A stretch of DNA of 64,000 nt, taken from positions 4,227,374 to 4,291,373 of the forward strand of contig NW_019091355.1 of NCBI RefSeq assembly GCF_001949145.1, written 5' to 3'. Positions 36,369-46,760 of this stretch are shown piece after piece (positions within the stretch are counted from its first letter, which is position 1; each line of letters starts with the position of its first letter). The position numbers and the translations under genes were made by a program. This DNA is from Acanthaster planci (Eukaryota). The notes under the pieces were generated by a model, which had not been told where the DNA came from, searched no databases, and saw only the letters and a program-made list of their open reading frames with translations.

Positions 36369-39310
36369 GTAGGGTCCCAATATTTCGGGGCCTATGGGAA
36401 GTCCTGAGGATAAAGCGATCAGAATTACGGGAAGTAGATTCTCGTCAAGACCGCAGATGCTGGAGAATTTTGTTTTGAGCTGAAAGCTCTGCGCGCAGTA
36501 TTTCCGTCATTTGAAGTTCCATATCCTGGCTTCGGTTGGTCAACTTTCAACCCAAGTTCTGATCTAAAAAGTTCCTGAATCTTTTTCTTTCTCTCTGCCA
36601 TGACTGATCTGTCCTCATCTGACTGTATCCTCCACTTTTGGAACGGAAGTCTATATGCAATGTGAAGCATCATTTCGAAGCAACGAATCCATTGGTGTAG
36701 TGGGCAGAGTCCAAATTTCTGAGACGGGTTGTGGAAGATGGTGAATATTATTGAAGTCCTTAGGTGTGGCCCCGCAAGTGAAACATCGCATGGTTGAAGG
36801 AGTTTTAGTAATTGCATTGATGACTTTTCGGTCAATCGTGGTGAAGTGAAGATTGTACTTGACGTAGACGGTCTCCTTTCTAGCTAATTCGCCTTCTACT
36901 TGAATGTCAAGATCAACTGTTTTAGGTTGAAGTTGCTGGATTTCCGTCTCCTTGTTCTGATGTTCTTCCTGCGATAGCTCCTGTGTTTCTTGTTTGTATT
37001 GTAGATGGATTGGCCGACAAAAGCGCCTAGATGAAGGAACAGGGTTTTCCCATATTACTTGTTCCCTGTATTTCAGTTGCAATGGTACAAGTGTGGTGCA
37101 AAACCAACTCAAATCATCAGACTGTTCTGTGGTTGTGAATCTTTGTTTGTACTCACTTTGACCCGATGAGCCATGAAAACTCCATTTGCAAATTAAGTCA
37201 AGAAAGAGGGGACGTTCTCAATTGTTCGTGAACATTGTCCTGTCGTTGTTCCAATATACGAAGGGCTGTATAGTCTAGAAGACTTTGTAGAGACACTTTG
37301 ACCGACTCTTCGCTCAGATCTATACTTTGTGGGTAGCACTTCTGCTTTGCTTCTCAAACAGCACTGTAAGGCGGGTAGACATCTGCATTTTTCTCTTTAG
37401 CGGCTGTTCTCAAGGTTTGATACGCAGACTTTGTCAAACCGGTTTCAATTAAAAGGACAAGTGCCTCGTCTGGAGTAAACTTCTCAGGTGCAGGTGGGGG
37501 TGAGGAAATTAGTTTTCTTAGCTTTGCAGGTTTTGACGGACTCTGAATGGTAAATTGAAGGACATATTTCAAGTCTGGGTTCCTCCCTTAAGCTCCTTGA
37601 GAAGCTGCAAAAAGAAGCTCCTGGTGCTCACTTTCCTGCAGCAGTGTTTGGGCCCTCCGTTGTTTTGATCGCTTGGAAAGTAAAGTCGAATCCTTGCTCG
37701 GTCGACCTGCTCCTGAACCTGATGCTCCCTCATCAGACCTAGAGACTTCTTTCACTTTAGAGAGCAATTGATCAACTTCCAGTGGGGACAACACCTCTGC
37801 TTGTAACCACTCTCCATTTTCCCTCTCGAAATGAGATTTGTTGCGGCTACAAGCTATCCATTTTCCCTTCAATCTATACAGAAAACCGTACATGGTTGAT
37901 TTGATCTTCTCTTGAATTTCCTCTGGAATGTCCAATTGCTGGATACCGTGATATTCAGAGAAAAAAACATGCATCTCCCAAATGGGACTTCAGTGTTGGA
38001 TAGATTCCCTGAAGACCTGATAGCTTCAGTTAACAGCTTTCTTGGTATGGATTCCATGCTGAACTCATGAAATTATTGAATGAAATTGACTTGGTCCCGA
38101 TATTGCGTTGATACTCAACTAGAGACAACTTGCAATTAACTACTGGGCTTTCAAGGGGTTTGGCTTCAAATCGGTTAATTCAAGGACCTGCAGCCTTGTC
38201 ACTGGATCACACACGTCAAGAATCACTGACAGTTAGGGACTTCAAATACACGTATATTTGATTTTAAACAGATACCCCATGCTTTTCTCTGGATGACAAT
38301 GCTGCTTGGTTGAAAACGGCATGGGAATACACCATGCCTCACTACGAAGCCATTACAAGTGTTTGGGGGTCACAATACGTCAGTACTCATGGGTAGTTTG
38401 GAACTTAAATGAGTGCTTGATTTTTAAACAGGTATCGATGGGCTAGAAATGTATGCAAAACGCTTCTTCTAATCGTTGTTGTTGACATGTATTTGGTTTT
38501 CTGTCTACCTTATAACGACTACAAACAAATGAAAGACGACCATGTCTACAGAGCGTGTTGTATTTGGCTGTAGTGGTAGACGCCTCGAGGGAAATGCAAC
38601 TTGTCACACGCACACGTCGTTACAGGCGCGTCGGAGCATTTCGCGTACCACTTTAAAATAGAATATCTTAAAAAGTCGCGGCCAGTTTTTTTTAATTGTT
38701 CCTGAAGGTTCAGGCTTTTGGAAAATATAAGAGCTAAAGCGGGAATCGGCGGGAATATGTATTTTCTTTGCGTGTGAAAAATGATGCAAATTTTAAACGA
38801 ATTTTATCTGACATTTGGAGCTTTTTCAGACTTTAATCCTAAAGTGAACAGGTTATGAATCTTATTTTCATAAAATATAGTTTGTAAACAACATCCAAGC
38901 CAATTTCCATGGCGTTATCTTTTGTATAGCGACCACGTCGGCAAGTTAAATTAGACGTCAAGTTTTATTACTCACATTAAAAATGTCCCTTTTGTAGTAA
39001 ATAAATCAGAATATCGCCCGTGATAAAGATTTCCGGTCGTTAATTTGTGCATGTAAAGTACCCGTTGACCATTGGAAACTAAAAAATACCCAGCATTGAT
39101 TTTTGAACCAATCATCTTTCATCTATTTTGGCGCAGTTTGACCTTGAACTGGCCCGCTGTGCGTCGGCCGCCCGTACGGATCGTCATTACCAAAAGCTAG
39201 GGATGATCAAATGGCCCATCCGTTGGATAAAAGGGAAATGGGGGTCGGATTGCCCTCTGGGAAGAATTGAAAAGGTGAAAAAAAGAAAAGAAATAAAATG
39301 GAGTACACGG

Positions 39311-39512
39311 TATAGACTAATCCGATCAGACACCCTAACTGCGGTGGCGCCGCACTCACACGAACATTCTTCAGCTTGACGCGCGCGTGCATTTGGCAAA
39401 TCACGACACCCTGTTGGTCGAAGAGGGCATGTAACGCGTAGGTACCGCCTGTCCACGAGCGTTGTGCCACCGCAGTGATGGTTTCTAATTCTGGTGGTCG
39501 AATTACACTACA
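39311..39512 (+). mobile_element. MITE (uninterrupted copy of the 29528-30018 element)
   Basis: Imperfect TIRs tatagactaatccgatca / tggtcgaattacactaca and high identity to 29842-30016. Confidence 0.7.
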
Positions 39513-39744
39513 GAAATAAAAATTTGGGTGCAAATACCTAGGAACTGAACCCCTCCTCTTTTTTTCACTGTGAATGGTTTGTCATTAAGTCAGTGAGCTT
39601 TTCGCGCGCTCCGCAGGCCCCCTTTCATCTGGAGAGATATTAACACCCTAAGCTATCAGCCTGTCTGGTCTGACTAGTCCATTGGTCAGTCCGTCGATCC
39701 CATGCACGTATTATTTATTATGCAATCTATTCTTTGAAACTTAC

Positions 39745-41057
39745 TGCATAGAGAGATTCCGGGAGGCAATCTGGACAGAGACTGACGACGACAACGATAA
39801 TTGCCCAAGGCAGCCAGGTGATGACCATCGCGGCGATGATACTGCCGAGTATCCTGTTGGCTCGGTTGTTCTCCACCCGGGCTTTCCTCTCCACGTCGCG
39901 CGACCTAACGCCTCTGGATAAAAACTGTGGTCGCCTTGACAAGGTTTTGTTGGGTTTGTCCACTTCTTCAGGTTTAATCTCAAGCGAAGTTCCTTGATCT
40001 GGGACAGCTTTGGTCGGATCGGTTTTCGGAAATGTCGGGGCGGAATTATCGGGCGGGTTGGTGGGTTTTAAGTTGTCTATGTTCTTGTCTCCACACCCTG
40101 ATGAGCTGCTGTGCGATTGGTGATCTGTCCTTTCCGTGACATCGCTACTTGACAGGTCAGAAAAACCGACATTATCCAATCCTTCCATCGACGATTCGCG
40201 GAAACTCAACATGAAGTTGGGCTGCTTCTGGTTTGAAGGTTCGTTCCCTGGTGCTTTTGTGTTGGATGTTGCTGATGAGTTCTCACCGTTGCTGGGCTTT
40301 ACGTACCGGCTCAAAACCACTTTCTGTCTTGCCTTTCTCTGCTTCGTCTCGGCCACAGTCTTACGGATCCTCTTATAGACATGGTAGTAGAGCACGATCA
40401 CCACTGAAACAGGCAGCCAAAAAAATAGCACAGGTGCTGCAATACTAACGGCTCGGCTTTCTACATACTGGGGCTTACAGGTCCGGGTTGGGACGTTTCG
40501 TCCGCCGGCAAAGACAGGCCAGAGCACGGTGATGGGCAGCCAGATTACGATCGGCACCAGGTAACTCAAGGTGATCAGTAAAGCCGCGTTGCGTTTGGTT
40601 CGCCACCTACGCCGATGGAAGAAGGGCTTGCGAAGAGCAACGAAGCGGTCCAAGCTGATCACGACGGCCGAGACCACGGAGAAGTGACTGAAGATGTGGT
40701 CGCAAAAGACGAAGATATCGCAAAAGATTTCCCGAAGGGCCAGTGGCCTAGGATGAAGACGGCACCGTACAGGGGCATGTCGATACAGCCAACCAACAGA
40801 TCAGACACTGCCAGGCTTAGGATGAAACACTGGTTAAAACCCTGGAGGTCTTTGTTGCGGCAGAAGGATACAATGACCAAAATATTCCCGGTGATGGTCA
40901 GGAAAACCACAGAGGAGACTACCGTTGCCAGCACCACCTGAACAGTGCACGGTAAATGGGGCAACGGACGCGTGGTTGCAACCACCGACTGGGCGTCGGT
41001 GAATGTACCCACGGAGTCATGATCGTTCAAGTAGATAGCGTCAGTTGTGTTGACCAT
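39745..41057 (-). CDS. Class A aminergic GPCR (muscarinic/histamine-like), coding exon 1 (TM1-TM6), with a 1-nt frameshift near 40725-40733; ~497 aa if corrected
   Basis: GNILV (TM1), SLAVSDLLVG (TM2), WPFG. After a -1 shift: FCDIFVFCDHIFSHFSVVSAVVISLDRF (D3.32, DRF), FFWLP (TM5), long ICL3, ITWLP (TM6). gtaagt donor at 39744. Confidence 0.85.
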
Positions 41058-42395
41058 CTTGAGCAGAAGATGTTGGACGTTAGAGACAGAGAAGTAAATG
41101 AAGAGGAAGTGCCGTGAGGGAGAGACGTATGCCTCTTGTCGATCTTAGATTATTTCTTGCTCCGTGTGCAGATACAGACAGAGCAGTTACATTTTTATCC
41201 AACTCAAATCGGTCTCGGAATGAAGAAAATCGAACGATAAAACTTTGCTTTTCAAAATGTTGTTGGAGAGGTCTTTTTTTACATACACCTGCGATTGAAT
41301 GCATTTGTTCGTTTACGGTGTTTTAACCTTTTCAGATTCGTCACGTTGTTGAAAAAAAAAAGATTAACTAAAGGTCTGCTTGGTTTGCCTCTTGCTTACT
41401 AAACGCCTACGAGCAGTAATGGTTCATCAGCTAAGAATGACGTATATACGCTTTGTTGCAAAAGCCGTCAAGCGCTCCATACTAATCGATTTCCCCCGAG
41501 TGCTCCGCAGTCCCGCAAGATTGGAATCGTTCCTGCGGTAAACGTGTCAGATGCCATTTGGGATGGATTATGTTTCAGAATTACCGGACTGATCCCTCCA
41601 ATTACTGCAACTTCAGTTGTAATTCACGAGTGTAAATCGCTTTTCAAAAGTGTGAGGGGGGCATAACTTCATCTAAAGCGAGCGCGAAACACAAAGCCTT
41701 AACAATGCGGGGTCCGAGGCCCGCTTGAGGGCACAAGAAATTTAGGGTTTTGGTTGTTTTTAGTGCAATATGAGGCAATTTCTGACCATTTTTAAATATT
41801 TTTTAGTGAATGCTTACAAGATTTATTTCATTTCATTTTTTAAAATGTGGAATATGAATCAAAATAATGTAGGCCTGCTTACCCTTCATTTTTAAATTAA
41901 GGTCTGGAAAAAATGGAGGGGGAAATGATATGATATCCCCCACTTTAAAATGTGGACGGAACATGTCCCCCTCCCCTATCTGGGTTCGATCGATGGCCAT
42001 ATCTTTATCTCCAGTTCAGTGACTGGACAAGAACGGGAATAGCTGGGTCTTGAGTGACTGTGCATTCACCGTGATTACACCCTCCACTGTCTTGCCGTCT
42101 CGCCGGTGGACATAACGCAGCTTAATTCAACTCCCCGCCCAATACGAAGCGAGATCTAGTATGCGAAAACTTGGAGAAGCATGTGGATCGATACTAAACC
42201 TCATCTCCAGTGACGCTTACATCTGTCCTTGGTTATAAATTACTATTTTCCAAATAGTATTGCTCATGGAGCTTGAATTCAGATTGGTTTAAGGGAAATT
42301 GCAGAGATACACAGATGGACTCAGCCACGAAAATCAAATCCACCGGTGGCTTATGATCTTTTCCGCCCTCAGCAGACCTAGCATTATTTTAACAG

Positions 42396-42876
42396 TAGGG
42401 CTGAATATCCGAATAACCGAATATTCGATCGCTTATCAAATATTCGAATATTACTTTTCGAATTTGAATATTCGAATGCAAAATTCATGAAAGGAAAGGA
42501 AGATTTTCTTTTAAATGAGAAAAATTGCATATGGAGGCTTGTTTCAAGCAGATTCAAATGAAAAGCTACAGAAATCTTACAATGATTCAAAAAGTAAATT
42601 ATTCAATAAACAATTTAAAAGGAGTAGAGATTTACAACAGGAAAAGAAGCACTGTTCGTCTCTAAAACCTTGCTAAATCGTGGCTGGAGATACTCCCAGA
42701 TGTGAGAAGCTCTTATATTGATCATAATGTTCAATTGTGTGCATTATTGCTACTGATTTTGTATACAGTTTGTTTATCAACAATCTGCCAGTCGGTACTA
42801 CCAAATACTCGGATATTTGATCAAATTGAAGGTCGAATATTCGAATAGTGAATATTATTCGACTTGGCTCAGCTCA
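42396..42876. mobile_element. hAT-like non-autonomous element with subterminal GAATATTCG repeats
   Basis: Starts TAGGGCTGA and ends in degenerate tcagctca. Clusters of cgaatattcga near both ends. Confidence 0.5.
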
Positions 42877-43744
42877 GCATAAAAAGCCAAATCTTCACGT
42901 GAAACGAATTGTTCTTTGTTCAAGTCTCTTAAAGTTTTCTTGTGTAGCGTGCACCTTAATTGAACATTGGGTTAATGGTAAATTTCTTTTTAAAGATGGG
43001 ATTCCAGAGAACCCCACATCAGTATATCTTATTATGTTTGTTTTAGCTGTGCAGTAATCATGACTTGTGTATGGATATTATTCTGCCATTTTATGATATG
43101 ACTTTGGATAAAAACCCTTGCAAACCAAAACATTTCATACCCTCTATTTTTTCCACCTCCCACATCTTTTTACCCGCTTTTGTACGTTCATATTCTTTAT
43201 TTTTAACTCCATGTTATTTACGAATTATATTATTAGCTTTTCCATTAATTATATAACCGGCGGACAAGCCCCGTCACATCATCGCGAGATTCTTAATATC
43301 TTAGCGAGCACCACTCCTGGCGGAAGCAAAGGTAGCTCTCAGCACTACACTGGGATGTCCATCTTACGTGATCTACCAGCTGTAGATGCCTTAAAGATGA
43401 CTTCATTGCGAGACGTCAGTGAAAAGGGCATATGACCCTGGCCACCATCCTGTTTTTCGAAAGGGCGAACCCTACATCCAGGACATAAAATTCACATCTT
43501 CTCCAACCTCCCCAGCCCGTTCAATTCATCCATCAAAGCTGTGTGTTCATTTTATATATCTAAGTTGATTTTCCCGGTCCATGTAAATTGATTCCCTCCT
43601 AATATCGGTTGACGCATTCAACATTGTTCTCAAAACTCATAGTTAAGGAGGCTTTTTCCAACACCGCAATATATCTCAGCTAGTGATGGGTATTGTCAAA
43701 TCTCACATCTTACAGATACAGTGCACCCAACACTTGATGGTTGC

Positions 43745-44636
43745 ATTTTACAATTTAGTTCAATGGTGTTACGAAAATGAGTTAAAGATGAATACTGAAA
43801 AGACCAAGGATATTATTATTGATTTCAGAAGAAATCTCAGTAACATCCAGCCACTGTGTATCCATCATGGATCTGGGGTAGAAAGGGTTGATCCCTTTAG
43901 ATTTTTAGGCGTACATATGACTAACGATCTGAAATGGACAACCACATGTTGATTTCTTGGTAAGGAAAGCCCAACAACGTCTGTTTTCTCTCAGAAGACT
44001 GAGGAGTTTCCGGGTCAGCCAAGGTCTGCTGGTGAAGTTCTGTTGGGTAGTGGTTGAGAGTGTCCTGACATTCTCAATCGCTGTCTGGTACGGGAACACC
44101 ACAGTGGAAGACCGGAAACGTCTCAATCGCGTTTTAAAACTGTTAGCATTACAACTGGCTGTAAACTACCTGCAGTGGAAGAACTTTATGAGGCAAGGGT
44201 CTTAAAGCAGTGAAAGTCAATCGTTTCAGATGGATTCCATCCTGCGAATGACTTATTTCAGCGGATGAGATCAGAATGATAATACCTTACAGATCAATTC
44301 GCGCAGATTCGACTCGAACCTTGAACAGTTTTTACCCAAGTGCAGTTCATTTATTGAATGTACAGGTAAAGGTACAGTCAAAGTCCTAATCAGTGATTCA
44401 TCAGATTTTATTGTTATCTTAATCTAATTTTATTTATCACTCGTTATTTTACTCATGCTATCTGAAATTATTTGTTGTAGTTTTGATGTAAATTTTTGTA
44501 GCGTCGTTTATTATTGTTTTGTATTTACATGTATTTTTTGATTATCAAGTTTTTAACAGTCGCAAAACCACAACGAATTTCAATGTATTTCAATAACTAT
44601 GTTGGATACAAATGATATTAAATAAATGAATGAATG
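43745..44636 (+). mobile_element. 5'-truncated Rex1/Babar-type LINE (RT C-terminus + 3' UTR)
   Basis: WCYENELKMNTEKTKDIIIDFRR, VERVDPFRFLGVHMTNDLKW, KAQQRLFSLRRLRSF, VESVLTFSIAVWYG, with stops and frameshifts. Ends in AATAAA(TGAA)n. Confidence 0.85.
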
Positions 44637-44819
44637 TACCAGCAACGGTTTTGTCGACATTCGCTGTGTCAAATAAATCGACAGTCCCGGCTATACCCTT
44701 TTGTAACTCACCATTAAGGGCAAGTCAATTTGCATCATGGGCGATTCCTGCTTAAGTGTGTCGTCGTATAAGCAACAGGAGTCTCGACTTGCACCTCCAA
44801 GATTACTTGTGTGTGAACA

Positions 44820-45090
44820 AAGACAAAGTGGACTGGTGGGGAACGTTGCCCTGTATGTACATAACTCTGTTACCCTCATGAACTAAATGACCTCCCGCTA
44901 ACAGTTCCGACTGTGATTCCATGTTTATTGAATTCTCTCGTTTTCAGAGTACAAATACTATAGTTGGCATAATTGAAAAACTACCAAATGAATTTGTCGC
45001 TACTTCGACAGCATTCTCGTAAATATCAGCAAAGAACATAAATTATTTCTTATAATGGGTGATCTTAATATTGATATTTTGAAAAATAAC
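44820..45090 (+). mobile_element. LINE APE-endonuclease remnant (L2/CR1 group)
   Basis: Fragments GG.VALYVHN and ISKEHKLFLIMGDLNIDILK. Confidence 0.6.
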
Positions 45091-46379
45091 AGCCGCAATC
45101 CAACCCCATATTGTATCAAATCTGACAAAAAATATTTCTGGTAAATTCATTTTCAGCCTTCAGCTAAAGTTTAACATAGAATTGCACGATACTCTAGATT
45201 AAATTAAACATACCCAACGTGTTTATTAATATTAAGGTCGAGGTTTTATGTCTGTACCTCTGTTCATTCGAGCTGAGCTTATTTTCTTTCATTTTTGCAA
45301 AATCAATAGTTGTTGGGTGGCATGTGAGACTTGATTAAATTTCAATAATATTCGAAGGAGCAAGAAATGTAAAGCTTGCACTATGGGAGTCCTTCGAGAG
45401 CTGATTAAAAATGTATGGACATGTACACTGGCCAAGGGATAAAAGGGACATGTGACTTTATTCATTGAAGCATTCGTTTGTATTTATCAGGTTGGCGTCG
45501 TCCGTCATGGATCAGGTGGAATGAATTCAGCGCCATTGTGACCCCCCCCCATCGTTGCTCTTGTCTTGTATTTTTCCGGCGTATACCTTACAGAGAATGC
45601 GTAGTTTGTACATTATGGTGATATTCATTGGGATGACTGCTTTTAGTGAGAGAGAGACCTATTCTATGGCCAAACATTCAGTTAAACGTTTTTCATGGTT
45701 TTCAGCACTCGCAATCAAGTGGATAATTTCTACGAGCTGCTAGGAGGCCACTTGATACATTCCCAGTGCAATTTCTCGGACAGGCCTTGCCACCGCCTTA
45801 ATTGGCTGTATTCTCCATAGGCAATAATCATTACGCGTTTCATTGGAGTCATAATGCACGAAGCCTAATAATGAACTTGGGACTTAATCCACTCGCTTTT
45901 TATCATAAACCTTAAATGGCCTTTCACTTATCCTGCTGCCTTTAATTGACTGTATTCGCCTGTGTCGAGAATCATTATTCATTCGTACGACCGACCTCAC
46001 AAGCAACGGCATTATTACAAAAAAAATGGTTGGACCAAAATAAACTTCATTTTTCCATTCACCTGAGGTCAGTAATCTTGAAGGCTGTGATTATGAGTTC
46101 CGAGCTGAATCAAGAGAGGGTGCACTTTTCCTAGCAACGGAGGCTTCTTTAGTGGGAAGTATTGATCTCCATGAGATTGATGATTGGAACTGTACTTCGC
46201 TGGTTCGCGAACGACTATATAAAATGCACGCCTTATGGTCGCGTCACTACTAACAAAACGAACGCTCCCCCAACAGGGTTCAACCTATTGGGGGTTGCAC
46301 CTGTTCAAAGCGGAAACACGCCCTCCTTTCCACGTGGGACATCCCTTGAAGTACTAACGTCTGAACATAGAACTGCATT

Positions 46380-46760
46380 GGGGATTTCACATTAGCGCCC
46401 TCTGTGCATATCCGCAATGAAACCGAGGCTTCTAATTCTGTGTTGAACTTCGTCGCCTGCCCGCGGAGTCGACACACTAAATGCAGTATCCGGTTAGTAA
46501 GTGTGACGCCACGCTATTTCGCGGTAAATTGGCCTTATTTTTTCTTTTGATTTTACGTGTCGAGTCCGTCCTGAAAGACTCTTCCACAAAAATTTGCAGC
46601 CTGAAAAGTCTGAATTTACCCCACCTTTACGTATTTTGTGTCTTGACTCCTTACTTTCAATCGTCTGATCGTATTAAGAATTGAAGCTGACACAAACAGC
46701 CTCGTTTTCAAACGCGGAAGTGCGCAGATCGACGCTAAAAGCGTCGTATTGGGACCCCTT
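46380..46760. mobile_element. Non-autonomous DNA element, copy 1 (inverted copy at 61969-62417)
   Basis: Reverse-complement match to 61969-62417, e.g. cagcctcgttttcaaacgcggaagtgcgcagatcgacgctaaaa. Short GGGAT-type terminal inverted repeats. Confidence 0.75.

Larger units (their letters stand above)
34181..38057 (-). pseudogene. Transib transposase pseudogene (RAG1-core homolog)
   Basis: Motifs in order: GRPSK..LSKRSKQRR, FTPDEAL..L.K.AYQTLR, YPPY, KWSFHGSSGQSEYKQ (catalytic D replaced by H), FCRPI, TIDRK, CFTC, LHQWIRCFEMMLHIAYRL, GTSNDGNTARRAF, WFKMP, LIHG, SEEAQEARNK. Multiple frameshifts and stops plus two insertions. Confidence 0.9.
33469..39161 (-). mobile_element. Transib (RAG1-related) DNA transposon, full length (5.7 kb including nested inserts), decayed, inside the GPCR intron
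   Basis: TIRs cacagtgggccagctcaaggtcaaactgaaccaaaa (33469) and ttttggcgcagtttgaccttgaactggcccgctgtg (ending 39161), 32/36 identical. 5-bp TSD CGCCG/CGTCG. Internal Transib transposase. Confidence 0.92.

Noticed and set aside
40727..40733. GGGAAAT as a programmed -1 frameshift site in the GPCR
   Set aside because: The heptamer is phased XXX YYY Z, not the canonical X XXY YYZ. An indel is the simpler explanation.
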